DNA of 64,000 nt from Oscillospiraceae bacterium (GTDB lineage Bacteria > Bacillota > Clostridia > Oscillospirales > CAG-272): NCBI GenBank assembly GCA_015064445.1, contig SVSE01000002.1, positions 224,628 through 288,627 of the forward strand, in the 5' to 3' direction. Of this stretch, positions 53,043 through 63,097 are shown one piece after another. Made by a program: the position numbers and the translations under genes. The stretch's first letter is position 1. Each line of letters starts with the position of its first letter. The notes beneath the pieces are model-generated. The model saw nothing but the letters and a program-made list of their open reading frames with translations, did no database searches and was not told the origin of the DNA.

Positions 53043-54356
53043 TTATTTCAAGAAAACCTCAATTACAGGCACTACCACATCTGGCTTTACAGGTGGAAGC
53101 TTGAATGCAACAAGTCCATCGTTTTGAGTTCTCGCCTCGCTGAAATGGTCAACTCCACCCTCGGTATAGAGGATTTCGCTTCCGTCGTGCAAGAATTGTG
53201 CGTAATCAACCTTTCCGCCAAGTCCTTGGAATTCAAGGAATGCGTATGGATACTCTATTAGGTGTATGTAAAGGCGCTTTCCGTCCTCGCTTTGAGTTAG
53301 GCGTGTGCCTCTTGGTGCTACAAATTCAGGCTCTGCCATTGTACAGCCATAGATTGAACGAGAGTTATACTTCATCCACTCTGCATATACTGAAAGCGCA
53401 TTTTCTGCTCTCTTATCAAGATAGCCTCTTGCAGTAGGTCCTACATTCATAAGAAGGTTACCACCTATGCAAACTGTGTTTATAAGCATATCTATGAGCA
53501 TTTTTGGAGATTTCCAGGTTGACTCGTCACGATGATAGCCCCAAGAGCCCGAGAAGGTTTGGCACGCCTCCCAAGTAACAAGCTCGCCAGTTTCTGCGTG
53601 CTTAACCCAAGTAAGTGGCTGATACTGCTCTGGCGTCCAAATATCCTGCTCAAGGTCACAACGATTATCAATGATAATATCTGGCTGAATTGCTCTTACA
53701 GTTTCGATGAGCTTTTCAGATTCCCAGTCATCCTTACCCTTGCCCTGCATCCAATCGGGATAGTTAGGATCCTTGTTAGGATATGAGAAGTCGAACCACA
53801 TAATGTCAATCTTACCGTAGTTTGTAAGAAGCTCAGTTACCTGATTGCGCATATACTCTGTGTACTTCTTCATATCGCGTCCCTGATTTTGCTCAAATGC
53901 GTCCTTGTCATAGCGACGAGGATGGATTGCATCAATTGTGAAATCAGGATGATGCCAGTCGATAAGTGAATAGTAGAAGCCTACCTTCAAGCCCTCTGCA
54001 CGGAATGCCTCAACATATTCCTTTACAAGGTCGCGCCCTGCAGGAGTATTTGTGCATTTATAATCGGTATATTTAGTATCAAACATACAAAAGCCCTCGT
54101 GGTGCTTTGTAGTAAGAACTGCATATTTCATTCCTGCCTCCTTGGCGCGCCTTGCCCATTCCTTAGCATCGTAAAGGTCTGGATTGAAATACTTAAAATA
54201 CTTGTCATATTTTTCATCGGTTATGCACTCAATATGCTTAATCCACTCATTACGCGCAGGCATTGCGTAGAGTCCCCAGTGAATAAACATACCAAATCTG
54301 TCGTGCTCGAACCATTCGGTGTTTCCAAGAGTTTTCTTTGTTTTGTAGCTTGACAT
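53043..54356 (-). CDS. alpha-L-fucosidase (GH29), no signal peptide
   Basis: RFGMFIHWGLYA, TTKHHEGF and DIMWFD motifs of GH29. Confidence 0.85.
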   Translation of the reverse strand: MSSYKTKKTLGNTEWFEHDRFGMFIHWGLYAMPARNEWIKHIECITDEKYDKYFKYFNPDLYDAKEWARRAKEAGMKYAVLTTKHHEGFCMFDTKYTDYKCTNTPAGRDLVKEYVEAFRAEGLKVGFYYSLIDWHHPDFTIDAIHPRRYDKDAFEQNQGRDMKKYTEYMRNQVTELLTNYGKIDIMWFDFSYPNKDPNYPDWMQGKGKDDWESEKLIETVRAIQPDIIIDNRCDLEQDIWTPEQYQPLTWVKHAETGELVTWEACQTFSGSWGYHRDESTWKSPKMLIDMLINTVCIGGNLLMNVGPTARGYLDKRAENALSVYAEWMKYNSRSIYGCTMAEPEFVAPRGTRLTQSEDGKRLYIHLIEYPYAFLEFQGLGGKVDYAQFLHDGSEILYTEGGVDHFSEARTQNDGLVAFKLPPVKPDVVVPVIEVFLK

Positions 54357-54377
54357 TTTATTGTCCTCCTAATATTT

Positions 54378-56327
54378 TTAAATGCTCTTGCCAAGAATTT
54401 TTGCATCTCTTACAAGAGGCTTGATTTTTATCCATTCATCCTTTCCTGGACACATTCTATAAAGTCCAAGGCAGGAAAGAATATACCACGCGCTCATTGT
54501 TCCATTATCCTCATCTCCTGGATAACCGTCAGGCGTTGGCTTGAATAGCTCGGTACAAATTCTGCGAATCCACATCTCGCTCTTTTCCTTTTCGCCAAGA
54601 TATGCGTACATATATGGAATATGGAACGATGGCTGATTTGATATAGCGCATTGACCGAAATCTACAACTGCCATCTCTGACATCTCATGAATTTCTCCAC
54701 TATAGGTGTTTACACGGAAGCTGGCAGGCGCGCCAAACAATGAGTCAAGATATTCGATAAGCTTGTCCTTGCCACCAAGCAGGTCGCAAAGCCCCTCTAT
54801 ATCGTGCTGAACTGCGAGTGTGCTTTGCCAAGCGCTCGCCTCGGTGTAATCCCCTCCCCATTTGAACGGGTCAAAGTCAGGAGAAAACGCTCCGTTTTCG
54901 TCCTTACCACGCATAAAGCGCTCATTTTTATCGAATATGTGTCTATAATTTTGTGCTCGAGCAATGTACTCGTTATAAATGTCAGCCTTGCCAAGCACCT
55001 TAGCAACGATTGCAATACACCAGTCGCCATAAGCGAAGTCGAGCGTGAGGTTTACGCTTTCCTTGTGCTTGTTACAGGGAATATATCCGTGCTTTAAATA
55101 CTCGGAAATTCCCTCTCTGCCATATCGTCTTTCCTTTGATGGAGTGTTTGCGTGATGAAGCATACCATCAAGGGCATTTTCAAGAGTTGCCCTATCGACA
55201 ATGCCTTGTGTGCACGCCTCGGCAATTACTGCATCAATTAATGTGCTTGGCATACAGCCAACCTCGCCTATTGAAATCCATCTTGGAAGCCAGCCACACT
55301 CGTTATAATCGCCAACAAAGCTCTTTACCATATCGGCAAATTCCTCTCTTGCAATAAGTGAGAAAAGTGGATAAACGGTGCGATATGTGTCCCAAAAGCC
55401 GTTGTCGGTGTATCTTATTCCCTCTCGGATTTTACCATCTGATGGAGTATAATGAAGTGCTACTCCGTCCTTATCAAGCTCATACGCCTTATGTGGGAAA
55501 AGGAAGGTGCGATACATACACGAATAGAAGGTGCGCATAATCTGCTCATCTGCCTCTATTTCGATTCTTGAAAGATGCTCCTCCCAAGCCTGCTCGCCCT
55601 GTGCCTTGATTATATCAAAATCACACATACCTATCTCTCTTTCAAGAGAAACGAGCGCCATTTCGTGGCTTATATATGAGATTGCAAGGCTTGCCTCTAC
55701 TTTTTTAGATGCAAGGGCAATGTGTGCGTAATTTTCGCCTATTTGAATTTTAGATGCGTCAACATCCTCTTTTTTGAAGAGAACGACAAAGTACATTTTA
55801 AAGTCCCTTGCGTCGTCCTGTGAGTGTGCGTTGTTAGTGCCAAAAAGCATTCCTCTCTCGCTATCATAGGTGTATTCATAATCGCCCTGTGAAGCAAGAA
55901 ATGACAAATACGGTAACGTTTTACAGCCAAACGTCAAGCGCATAGCGCACGCGCGCTCGGTAGGCGCAAGCTCAAAAACACAAGATGGACGAGTCAGATT
56001 AAGCCTTAAATAGTGTGGGGCTAAATCCGAATTTCTCTCCAAAATACTACTGCTTGCCATAGACGGAGTGTTACCTAAAATGTCGGTCTGTGGCATCATA
56101 AGTACCGTTCCGTAATCGCCTATCCAAGGGCTTGGCTGATGAGTGAGCCTAACTCCCTCGGCATATGGAAAATCCGGGGAATAAAACCACCTCGACTCTC
56201 CATTTGTTTGTGGGCAAAGCGACAGCATCCCAAAGGGACGCTGTGTTAGAGGCAAGGTGTTTCCGTTTGAATATCTCATAACGGACCTTGTGCCCATTTT
56301 TGTGTTTACATATGATAAATATTTCAT
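54378..56327 (-). CDS. GH92 family alpha-mannosidase-like glycoside hydrolase, no signal peptide
   Basis: GNTLPLTQRPFGM, FWDTYRTVYPL and GYPGDEDNGTMSAWY match GH92 signature segments. The ATG at 56327 lies just after the stop of the upstream protease gene. Confidence 0.8.
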   Translation of the reverse strand: MKYLSYVNTKMGTRSVMRYSNGNTLPLTQRPFGMLSLCPQTNGESRWFYSPDFPYAEGVRLTHQPSPWIGDYGTVLMMPQTDILGNTPSMASSSILERNSDLAPHYLRLNLTRPSCVFELAPTERACAMRLTFGCKTLPYLSFLASQGDYEYTYDSERGMLFGTNNAHSQDDARDFKMYFVVLFKKEDVDASKIQIGENYAHIALASKKVEASLAISYISHEMALVSLEREIGMCDFDIIKAQGEQAWEEHLSRIEIEADEQIMRTFYSCMYRTFLFPHKAYELDKDGVALHYTPSDGKIREGIRYTDNGFWDTYRTVYPLFSLIAREEFADMVKSFVGDYNECGWLPRWISIGEVGCMPSTLIDAVIAEACTQGIVDRATLENALDGMLHHANTPSKERRYGREGISEYLKHGYIPCNKHKESVNLTLDFAYGDWCIAIVAKVLGKADIYNEYIARAQNYRHIFDKNERFMRGKDENGAFSPDFDPFKWGGDYTEASAWQSTLAVQHDIEGLCDLLGGKDKLIEYLDSLFGAPASFRVNTYSGEIHEMSEMAVVDFGQCAISNQPSFHIPYMYAYLGEKEKSEMWIRRICTELFKPTPDGYPGDEDNGTMSAWYILSCLGLYRMCPGKDEWIKIKPLVRDAKILGKSI

Positions 56328-56328
56328 A

Positions 56329-57417
56329 TTATTCGGTTGCTTCCGTCTCATAAGCAAAGCTTACTCTTTCAAAGAACTCGTAAACCTTTTCAACGGGGAT
56401 TGCATACGAGCCTACATTGTTTCCGTCCTCGTCAAGCGCACCTGCATAGTTTATTCCGATTATGTTAAGCTTTGCATCAAGCAATGCTCCGCCACTTGAG
56501 CCACTATTGATATATGCGTCGTGGTGCAAAACATTGAATTGAACATTCGATTCGCTTGCCTTTGTGTCCTTTAATGCAACTCTTGTATAGCCTACTGTAT
56601 TTCCAAGCGTGATTGTATTGGACTGTCCCTCTGGCTGACCAAGAGAGATTACAAGGTCGTCTGCCTCGCTATTTCCACCCTCGAGCGAGAGAACGGTATA
56701 TGCCTCCTCGCTTGTGAATTTAACGATAGCCAAATCATACGAGGCGAGCCTTGCAACGAGAGTTGCCTGATATTCTGTGCCGATATAGTCAATTACAAAA
56801 TATGTTGTGTGCGAGGTGGATTCCTCAAGCGATTCATTGTACACAACATGGTTGTTTGTAAGCACATAGTATTCATTTTCGGTGTGCTTGATTATAGCGC
56901 CACTTCCGTTTGAGACTCCAACAACACTTTCAAGCCCTGCAAAGGCTCTGTTTGAATATTTGGATTTAACGGTAACATTTGCCTTGATTGTGTTAGTGCT
57001 TATGATATTGATAAGCTCTGCATAGTCAACCTCATCGCAGACTGTGCAGACGCCACTCTCAAAGTCGTGCTGACCCACAGCACTGGTAAATGTGTCAAGA
57101 TAATAATACCCACAATCGCAAAGGTGCTTTGTATAGCCCTTATCAACACAGCCAGGTGCAACTACGCTATCAGTGAAGCTATGAGTGTGCCCTGGTGGCA
57201 CTATAACCGAGGATTCCTCGCTTGACGAGGACGACTCCTCAGATGACGAAGACTCGCTTGACTGCTCTGACGATTCGCTCTCGGGCAGAGAGCTTTCGCT
57301 TGAGGACTCGCTATTAGATGGAGAAATCTCCGACAAAAGCAGGTCGAGCACCGAATCACACGAGGTCATCGAGAATATAAGAACAAGGCACAATAAAAGT
57401 AATGCCAGCTTTTTCAT
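56329..57417 (-). CDS. trypsin-like serine protease lipoprotein with an N-terminal Cys/His knuckle module
   Basis: Lipobox FSMTSCDS and S/E-rich linker. GHTHSF...PGCVDKGYTKHLCDCGYYY...GVCTVCDE. Catalytic-triad context NNHVV ... D ... GSSGGALLD. Confidence 0.75.
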   Translation of the reverse strand: MKKLALLLLCLVLIFSMTSCDSVLDLLLSEISPSNSESSSESSLPESESSEQSSESSSSEESSSSSEESSVIVPPGHTHSFTDSVVAPGCVDKGYTKHLCDCGYYYLDTFTSAVGQHDFESGVCTVCDEVDYAELINIISTNTIKANVTVKSKYSNRAFAGLESVVGVSNGSGAIIKHTENEYYVLTNNHVVYNESLEESTSHTTYFVIDYIGTEYQATLVARLASYDLAIVKFTSEEAYTVLSLEGGNSEADDLVISLGQPEGQSNTITLGNTVGYTRVALKDTKASESNVQFNVLHHDAYINSGSSGGALLDAKLNIIGINYAGALDEDGNNVGSYAIPVEKVYEFFERVSFAYETEATE

Positions 57418-57454
57418 TTTAAATCCTTTCCACATTCGCGTCTAAGGCGAGGTG

Positions 57455-58855
57455 TTATTTGATAAATGGAGAGATTGCACCATATACGAACAGCACGCCT
57501 ACAATTACAGGAAGCACGTATCGCATATAGTATTTCATCCATTTCTTGATTTTAAGCCCCTTGCCGAGATTTGCCTCCTCCATAAAATTGTCAAAGCCCC
57601 AACCAAATTTGTTGGTACAGAAAAGAACAAACACGAGTGAGCCAAGTGGCAAAAGAATATTACTTACAATATAGTCCTCGAGGTCGAGCACAACGCTTCC
57701 CGCGCCCAAAGGATGGAAGCCTGAGAGAACATTGAAGCCTAGCACGCAAGGAATTGAAAGAATGAGCATTCCTACGCCACAAATAAGACAGGTTTTTCTC
57801 TTTGACCAGCCTGTAAGCTCCTGAACACAGGACATAATGTTTTGGAATACCGCAAGGATTGTTGAGAATGCGGCAAACGACATAAAGAGGAAGAAAAGTG
57901 TTCCCCAAATTCTTCCGCCATGCATATTTATAAATACGTTTGGAAGAGTTTTGAATATAAGACCAGGACCTGCTGTCTGCGCCAAAATTTGCTCAGTCGG
58001 GAGAACTCCGTCGCCCATATAAGTAAAGAACGCAGGGAAAATAATAAGTCCTGAGGTTATTGCAACAAAGGTATCAAGGCAAGCAATATTAACACTCTCT
58101 CCAAGGAGTGAACGGTCCTTGCCGATAAAGCTACCGAAGATAGCCATTGAGCCAATACCAAGGCTAAGTGTAAAGAATGCCTGATTCATCGCTGCAACAA
58201 CAACATTCAAAAAGCCAACTCTTTTAACATTTTCAATGCTTGGAAGAAGATAGAATTTAAGTCCCTCTCCCGCCTTTGGAAGCGTGAAGCTATGAATAGC
58301 AAGCACAATGATAAGCGCAAGGAGCGCAACCATCATTATCTTTGTTACCTTTTCAAGTCCCTTTTGCATGTTAAAGGAGCAAACAAGGAATCCAAGCACA
58401 CAAACGATTGCCACAAACAGAATAAGAATCCAAGGACTTGATAGCATATTGTCATATACTGCGTTTACCTCAACAGTGTTCATTCCCTCGAACTTACCTG
58501 TGAGCATATATACAAAATATTGAAGCATCCAGCCCGTAACAGATGTGTAGAACATCATAAGAATTATGTTTCCTACAAGTGATGCGTAACCGTGTGCACG
58601 CCACTTCTTGTCCTCTGGCTTTAGCTTTTGGTACATTCTTACAGGGCTCGCCTGTGATGCCCTACCAACTGAAAATTCCATTGTCATAATCGGAATTCCC
58701 ATAATTGCCAAGAATACAAGATAAATTAAAACGAATATACCACCACCGTTTTGCGCTGCAACGGTTGGAAATTTCCATACATTTCCTATTCCAATAGCAC
58801 AGCCTGCGCTTATAAGTATAAAGCCAAGTCGGCTACCAAGTCTTTCTCTTTCCAT
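57455..58855 (-). CDS. sodium-dependent transporter (NSS/SNF family)
   Basis: GFILISAGCAIGIGNVWKFP N-terminal signature. 12-TM protein of 466 aa. Confidence 0.85.
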   Translation of the reverse strand: MERERLGSRLGFILISAGCAIGIGNVWKFPTVAAQNGGGIFVLIYLVFLAIMGIPIMTMEFSVGRASQASPVRMYQKLKPEDKKWRAHGYASLVGNIILMMFYTSVTGWMLQYFVYMLTGKFEGMNTVEVNAVYDNMLSSPWILILFVAIVCVLGFLVCSFNMQKGLEKVTKIMMVALLALIIVLAIHSFTLPKAGEGLKFYLLPSIENVKRVGFLNVVVAAMNQAFFTLSLGIGSMAIFGSFIGKDRSLLGESVNIACLDTFVAITSGLIIFPAFFTYMGDGVLPTEQILAQTAGPGLIFKTLPNVFINMHGGRIWGTLFFLFMSFAAFSTILAVFQNIMSCVQELTGWSKRKTCLICGVGMLILSIPCVLGFNVLSGFHPLGAGSVVLDLEDYIVSNILLPLGSLVFVLFCTNKFGWGFDNFMEEANLGKGLKIKKWMKYYMRYVLPVIVGVLFVYGAISPFIK

Positions 58856-58921
58856 AAATACCTCGAAAAATTTTGTTATACATATATTCTACCACAAACG
58901 CGCGTGTGTTGCAATATTTTT

Positions 58922-58953
58922 AAATAAAAAAGAAGTGCGATTAAAGCACTTCT
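58922..58953 (-). terminator. intrinsic terminator overlapping the end of the GNAT gene
   Basis: AGAAGTGC-loop-GCACTTCT. On the minus strand it is followed by TTTTTTATTT. Confidence 0.65.
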
Positions 58954-59570
58954 TCATTTTGTCTTTGCTGAATTATTGTTTCTCTGTTTGCGCGTCTTAT
59001 GAGCTTGTGATATGTCATATGTCTTACGCGCTCAAAGGTAAATAGCTTTTCAAATCCACGCGCGCCATACATTTCAAGCGCAACATGATTGTCCACAGCG
59101 CAATCGACATATACATCGAGCTCCTTTCCAAAGCAAGGAAGCACTCCGTCAAGCAATTCGTTGCCTATTCCATGCTCACGATAGCTCTCGTCAACGCAAA
59201 TGCTCAAAATATAATAGCCATCACCCTCGTTTTCGAGAGGGAAAAAGTATTCCTTTAGGGCAATCTCAAGCCTTTCTGCAGCCATAACGCCAGCGCCCTC
59301 AAGAGCATCAAAGAACGCGCCAACATCAATTTTTATAGGTGAGCGAAATGCAACAACTATTCCGACAATTTTATCATCGACAAGTCCAACATAAATATTG
59401 TCCTCGTTATATGGTGTATTGCGCCTTATCATATGAGGCAAAATTTGCATAGCAATATCCTTATTATCCTCAAAAAGTGTTGGCAAAAAGTACTTGTCGG
59501 TCTCGTAAATAAGTGATGAAACTATGTTAAGGTCGTCGTCTGGAGCGAGCTTTCTTATTGTAGTAATCAT
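58941..59570 (-). CDS. GNAT family N-acetyltransferase
   Basis: Acetyl-CoA binding segment YREHGIGNELLD and a GNAT-type C-terminal beta strand region. Confidence 0.7.
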   Translation of the reverse strand: MITTIRKLAPDDDLNIVSSLIYETDKYFLPTLFEDNKDIAMQILPHMIRRNTPYNEDNIYVGLVDDKIVGIVVAFRSPIKIDVGAFFDALEGAGVMAAERLEIALKEYFFPLENEGDGYYILSICVDESYREHGIGNELLDGVLPCFGKELDVYVDCAVDNHVALEMYGARGFEKLFTFERVRHMTYHKLIRRANRETIIQQRQNEEVL

Positions 59571-59735
59571 AAATTCCCTTCTCATTTTTGTGTATCTTTT
59601 TGGTTTACATTACCATTTGAGTATAACATATTTTTAGCATTTTGTCAACAGAGGTAAAAGTTAAAAATTTTTCAACAATTTTAAAGCAAGTTGTGCTACA
59701 ATATATTTATCAAGATTTTACATAACGAGGCTATT

Positions 59736-60830
59736 ATGTTCAAAAAATATGTTTCTAATACTTCTCTTGCACTTGGAACAAGCTATCTAATTGAAAGCAC
59801 CAACGGAATTAAGGGCTATCGCATTTATGTCAAGCCCACCGTTTATGGCAAATTCAAATGGCGCTTTTTCTTCATAAATTCAGTCAACTCAACCTATGGC
59901 TTGGGCGAGGTCGCACACGCAAATGTGTCAGGTGGAAGCTGGAAAATCCACAAAGCGACAATCGGCATTAGCGCATCGCTTGACAAGGACGATGAAATAA
60001 AAAATGTAACTAAGGTTACATATAACGGTAGCGAAAGCAAATGCGTATCGCCCGATGAGCATTTTTGGAGCGACGAAATCGACTTTGAAATAAACGACGG
60101 TTATATTGTTTGGGAATGGGACCTTGAGGGCGAAAATATTCCTTCAATGCCCGAGGACATTTATTCTGCCTACTCCGTTCAGGACGGCAAGTGGGCGCAC
60201 GAATGGAATAGACCTGCCCCTTGTCTTTTCGGAGTTGAGCGCCCTTATAAAAAGCGCATCGCCTTTCTTGGCGATTCAATTACAGCTGGCTGTGGAACTA
60301 AAAAGGACGGCTACGAAATGTGGGTTGCCCGTATTGCAGATGAGCTAAAGGACGAATACGCGGTTTGGAATCTCGGACTTGGCTTTGGAAGAGGTAGCGA
60401 TTGTGCAACCGACGGCTCTTGGCTTTACAAGGCAAAGCAATATGATATTGCTGTTATAACCTATGGTGTAAACGATATAAAATCAGGCGAATATGGAAAG
60501 GGCAAGCCATCAAGCGCTGGCGAAATTGTGTCTTGGGCTGAAGCTATGGCTACCTCTCTGCAAAATGCAGGCGTCGAGGTTATTATCTCTACCATACCAC
60601 CATTTTCGTATAGCGAAAGGGAAAGGTGGGAGTGGCGCTGTGCCAATCTTGGCTTGAAGCTTTTAGCAAAGCGACTTGGCGCGCGTGTTTACGATATTGC
60701 ATCATCACTTGAAAGCGAGCCATATAAGGGCGATTACCCATACGGCGACCATCCAAATGGCGAGGGCTGTCGCATCGCCTTTGAAAAATTTAAGCAAACA
60801 TTTATTATAGACGGAAAATGGACACTTTAA
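59736..60830 (+). CDS. SGNH/GDSL hydrolase-family protein with an unassigned N-terminal domain
   Basis: Block I IAFLGDSITAG, block III YGVND and a block V-like DHPN. The N-terminal ~170 aa is unassigned. Confidence 0.7.
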   Translation: MFKKYVSNTSLALGTSYLIESTNGIKGYRIYVKPTVYGKFKWRFFFINSVNSTYGLGEVAHANVSGGSWKIHKATIGISASLDKDDEIKNVTKVTYNGSESKCVSPDEHFWSDEIDFEINDGYIVWEWDLEGENIPSMPEDIYSAYSVQDGKWAHEWNRPAPCLFGVERPYKKRIAFLGDSITAGCGTKKDGYEMWVARIADELKDEYAVWNLGLGFGRGSDCATDGSWLYKAKQYDIAVITYGVNDIKSGEYGKGKPSSAGEIVSWAEAMATSLQNAGVEVIISTIPPFSYSERERWEWRCANLGLKLLAKRLGARVYDIASSLESEPYKGDYPYGDHPNGEGCRIAFEKFKQTFIIDGKWTL

Positions 60831-60912
60831 TCAGTTTTTTTAATAAAAAATATTGATTATGAAAAAAGTGTGTGTTACAATATTGCTATCTTAATTATAT
60901 TTAGAGGTTTTT

Positions 60913-61890
60913 ATGATTAGAATAGGTATATATGGATATGGCAATCTTGGCAGAGGCGTCGAGATGGCTATTTCACAAAATGACGATATGGAGCTTGTGG
61001 CTGTGTTTACTCGTCGCCCTCCTGAAAGCGTTAAAATCAACACCAAGGGTGCGCGTGTTTTGCACATCGATGATGCGCTCAATATGAAGGACGAGATTGA
61101 TGTTATGGTGATTTGCGGTGGTAGTGCTACTGACTTGCCAGTCCAAACTCCATTCCTTGCAGAGCATTTCAATGTTATTGACAGCTTTGATACTCACGCA
61201 AAAATTCCAGAGCATTTCGAAAATGTAAACAAGAGCGCTATAAAGGGCGCGCATACTGCTATGATTTCTGTTGGCTGGGACCCCGGTATGTTCTCTCTTA
61301 ACAGAATGTATGCAGGCGCAATATTGCCAAATGGCAAGGACTACACCTTCTGGGGCAAGGGCGTTTCACAGGGACACTCTGATGCAATTCGCAGAATTGA
61401 GGGAGTCGCTGATGCAAAGCAGTATACAATTCCAGTAAAGGAAGCGCTTGATGAGGTGCGCTCAGGCTCAAATCCTACTCTTACAACTCGTCAAAAGCAT
61501 ACAAGAGAGTGCTTTGTTGTTGCTAAGGAGGGTGCTGACCTTTCTTACATTGAGAATGAAATCAAGACAATGCCAAACTACTTTGCAGATTATGATACAA
61601 CCGTTCATTTTATCTCACAAGAGGAGCTAAACGAAAAGCACGCAGGAATTCCTCACGGTGGCTTTGTTATTCGTAGTGGAGAGAGCGCGAGCGGAAACAA
61701 GCACATTATTGAATACAGCCTAAAGCTCGATTCAAATCCCGAATTTACTGCATCCGTTATCGTGGCATATGCACGCGCTACATACCGTATGGCGTGTGAG
61801 GGAACGGTTGGCTGTAAGAGCGTTTTTGATGTTCCACCTGCTTATCTTTCTCCAAAATCAGGCGAAGAGCTAAGAAAAGAACTACTTTAA
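60913..61890 (+). CDS. ddh: meso-diaminopimelate D-dehydrogenase
   Basis: IRIGIYGYGNLGRGVE N-terminus, WDPGMFS and GVSQGHSDA segments typical of Ddh. Confidence 0.85.
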   Translation: MIRIGIYGYGNLGRGVEMAISQNDDMELVAVFTRRPPESVKINTKGARVLHIDDALNMKDEIDVMVICGGSATDLPVQTPFLAEHFNVIDSFDTHAKIPEHFENVNKSAIKGAHTAMISVGWDPGMFSLNRMYAGAILPNGKDYTFWGKGVSQGHSDAIRRIEGVADAKQYTIPVKEALDEVRSGSNPTLTTRQKHTRECFVVAKEGADLSYIENEIKTMPNYFADYDTTVHFISQEELNEKHAGIPHGGFVIRSGESASGNKHIIEYSLKLDSNPEFTASVIVAYARATYRMACEGTVGCKSVFDVPPAYLSPKSGEELRKELL

Positions 61891-61905
61891 TCGGGGGCAA
61901 AAGCT

Positions 61906-62196
61906 ATGGTTAAGCATATGATAATATGGAAGCTAAACGATGATGCTTCAATCGACTGTAAGCAAGAAATTAAGCTCGCATTAGAGGGGCTTGTTGGTAA
62001 AATTGAAGGACTTTTAGAGATGCACATTTTGACAAATCCTTACGAATGCTCAAGTGGAGATTTGGCAATGGATTCTCTTTTTGAGAGCAAGGAGGCGCTT
62101 GATTTTTATCAAAAGCATCCACTCCATGTGGAGATTGCAAGCACGCTTGTCCGTCCGAATGTAAGCGCTCGTCTTTCCTTTGATTACGAAATATAA
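61906..62196 (+). CDS. Dabb (stress-responsive A/B barrel) family protein
   Basis: 96 aa. MVKHMIIWKL start and HPLHVE segment typical of Dabb domains. Confidence 0.7.
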   Translation: MVKHMIIWKLNDDASIDCKQEIKLALEGLVGKIEGLLEMHILTNPYECSSGDLAMDSLFESKEALDFYQKHPLHVEIASTLVRPNVSARLSFDYEI

Positions 62197-62205
62197 ATAA
62201 AAAAG

Positions 62206-62234
62206 CCTTGCTTACAGAATAAGCGAGGTTTTTT
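62206..62234 (+). terminator. terminator-like hairpin whose 3' arm contains the RBS of the downstream ZIP gene
   Basis: 9-bp stem 62206-62214/62220-62228 (one G-U pair), 5-nt loop, T6 (62229-62234), then ATG at 62235. GAGG (62225-62228) lies inside the stem. Confidence 0.55.
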
Positions 62235-63017
62235 ATGCTTTTAAGGATACTTGAGGGCGTTTTAATTCCGTTTTTAGGCACTACTCTTGGCGCACTTTGC
62301 GTATTCTTTTTAAAAAACGGAGTTGGCGCTAAAACGACAAAGGCGCTGAACGGATTTGCAGGTGGGGTTATGGTTGCCGCATCCGTTTGGAGTCTTTTAA
62401 TCCCTGCAATAGATGAGAGCGCACACCTTGGCGCGCTTTCCTTTGTCCCAGCTGTTGTTGGCTTCTTTTTAGGAATCTTCTTTTTATTCCTTCTTGACAA
62501 GGTAATCCCACATACACACCTAAACGAGCAAAGTGAGGGACCGCGCTCCCGTCTTGGCAAAAATACGATGCTCTTTTTTGCTGTGACTCTGCACAATATC
62601 CCCGAGGGAGTGGCGATAGGAGTCGTTTTTGCCTCGTTCTTAACAGGTGGTGGAGAGATTTCTCTTGCCGAGGCGTTTGCCCTTTCGATAGGCATCGGGA
62701 TTCAGAACTTTCCAGAGGGCGCAATAATATCAATGCCTCTTGCAAGCGACAATCGCTCACGCACAAAAAGCTTTCTTTGGGGAGTGCTCTCTGGCATAGT
62801 AGAGCCCATATCGGCACTTTTAACGATATTGTTCTGCGAGCTTCTATTGCCGATTTTCCCATATCTCTTGGCATTCGCCGCAGGCGCTATGATTTTCGTG
62901 GTTGTCGAGGAGCTAATTCCCGAAATGACCGATGGCGACCACAAGGCAGACATAGGAACTATTATGTTTTCTCTCGGCTTTGCCATTATGATGTCGCTTG
63001 ATGTCGCACTTGGATAA
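62235..63017 (+). CDS. ZIP family metal transporter (second copy)
   Basis: LHNIPEGVA and IQNFPEG motifs. 260 aa. Confidence 0.8.
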   Translation: MLLRILEGVLIPFLGTTLGALCVFFLKNGVGAKTTKALNGFAGGVMVAASVWSLLIPAIDESAHLGALSFVPAVVGFFLGIFFLFLLDKVIPHTHLNEQSEGPRSRLGKNTMLFFAVTLHNIPEGVAIGVVFASFLTGGGEISLAEAFALSIGIGIQNFPEGAIISMPLASDNRSRTKSFLWGVLSGIVEPISALLTILFCELLLPIFPYLLAFAAGAMIFVVVEELIPEMTDGDHKADIGTIMFSLGFAIMMSLDVALG

Positions 63018-63018
63018 A

Positions 63019-63047
63019 GAAAAAGGCACACCCTGTGTGCCTTTTTG
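63019..63047. terminator. bidirectional terminator
   Basis: AAAAGGCACA-CCCTG-TGTGCCTTTTT. Confidence 0.7.
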
Positions 63048-63097
63048 TTTTCTATTTGCCCCTTATATGATGCTGTAAACGATAAACCTTTACAAGC

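Noticed and set aside
57211-57250. A 15-nt identity (TCCTCGCTTGACGAG) between the protease lipoprotein gene and the lipoprotein gene at about 63525-63556.
   Set aside because: Both stretches encode Ser/Glu-rich linkers (SSSSE) on the minus strand. The match is explained by low-complexity coding sequence with the same preferred codons, not by a mobile or regulatory repeat.
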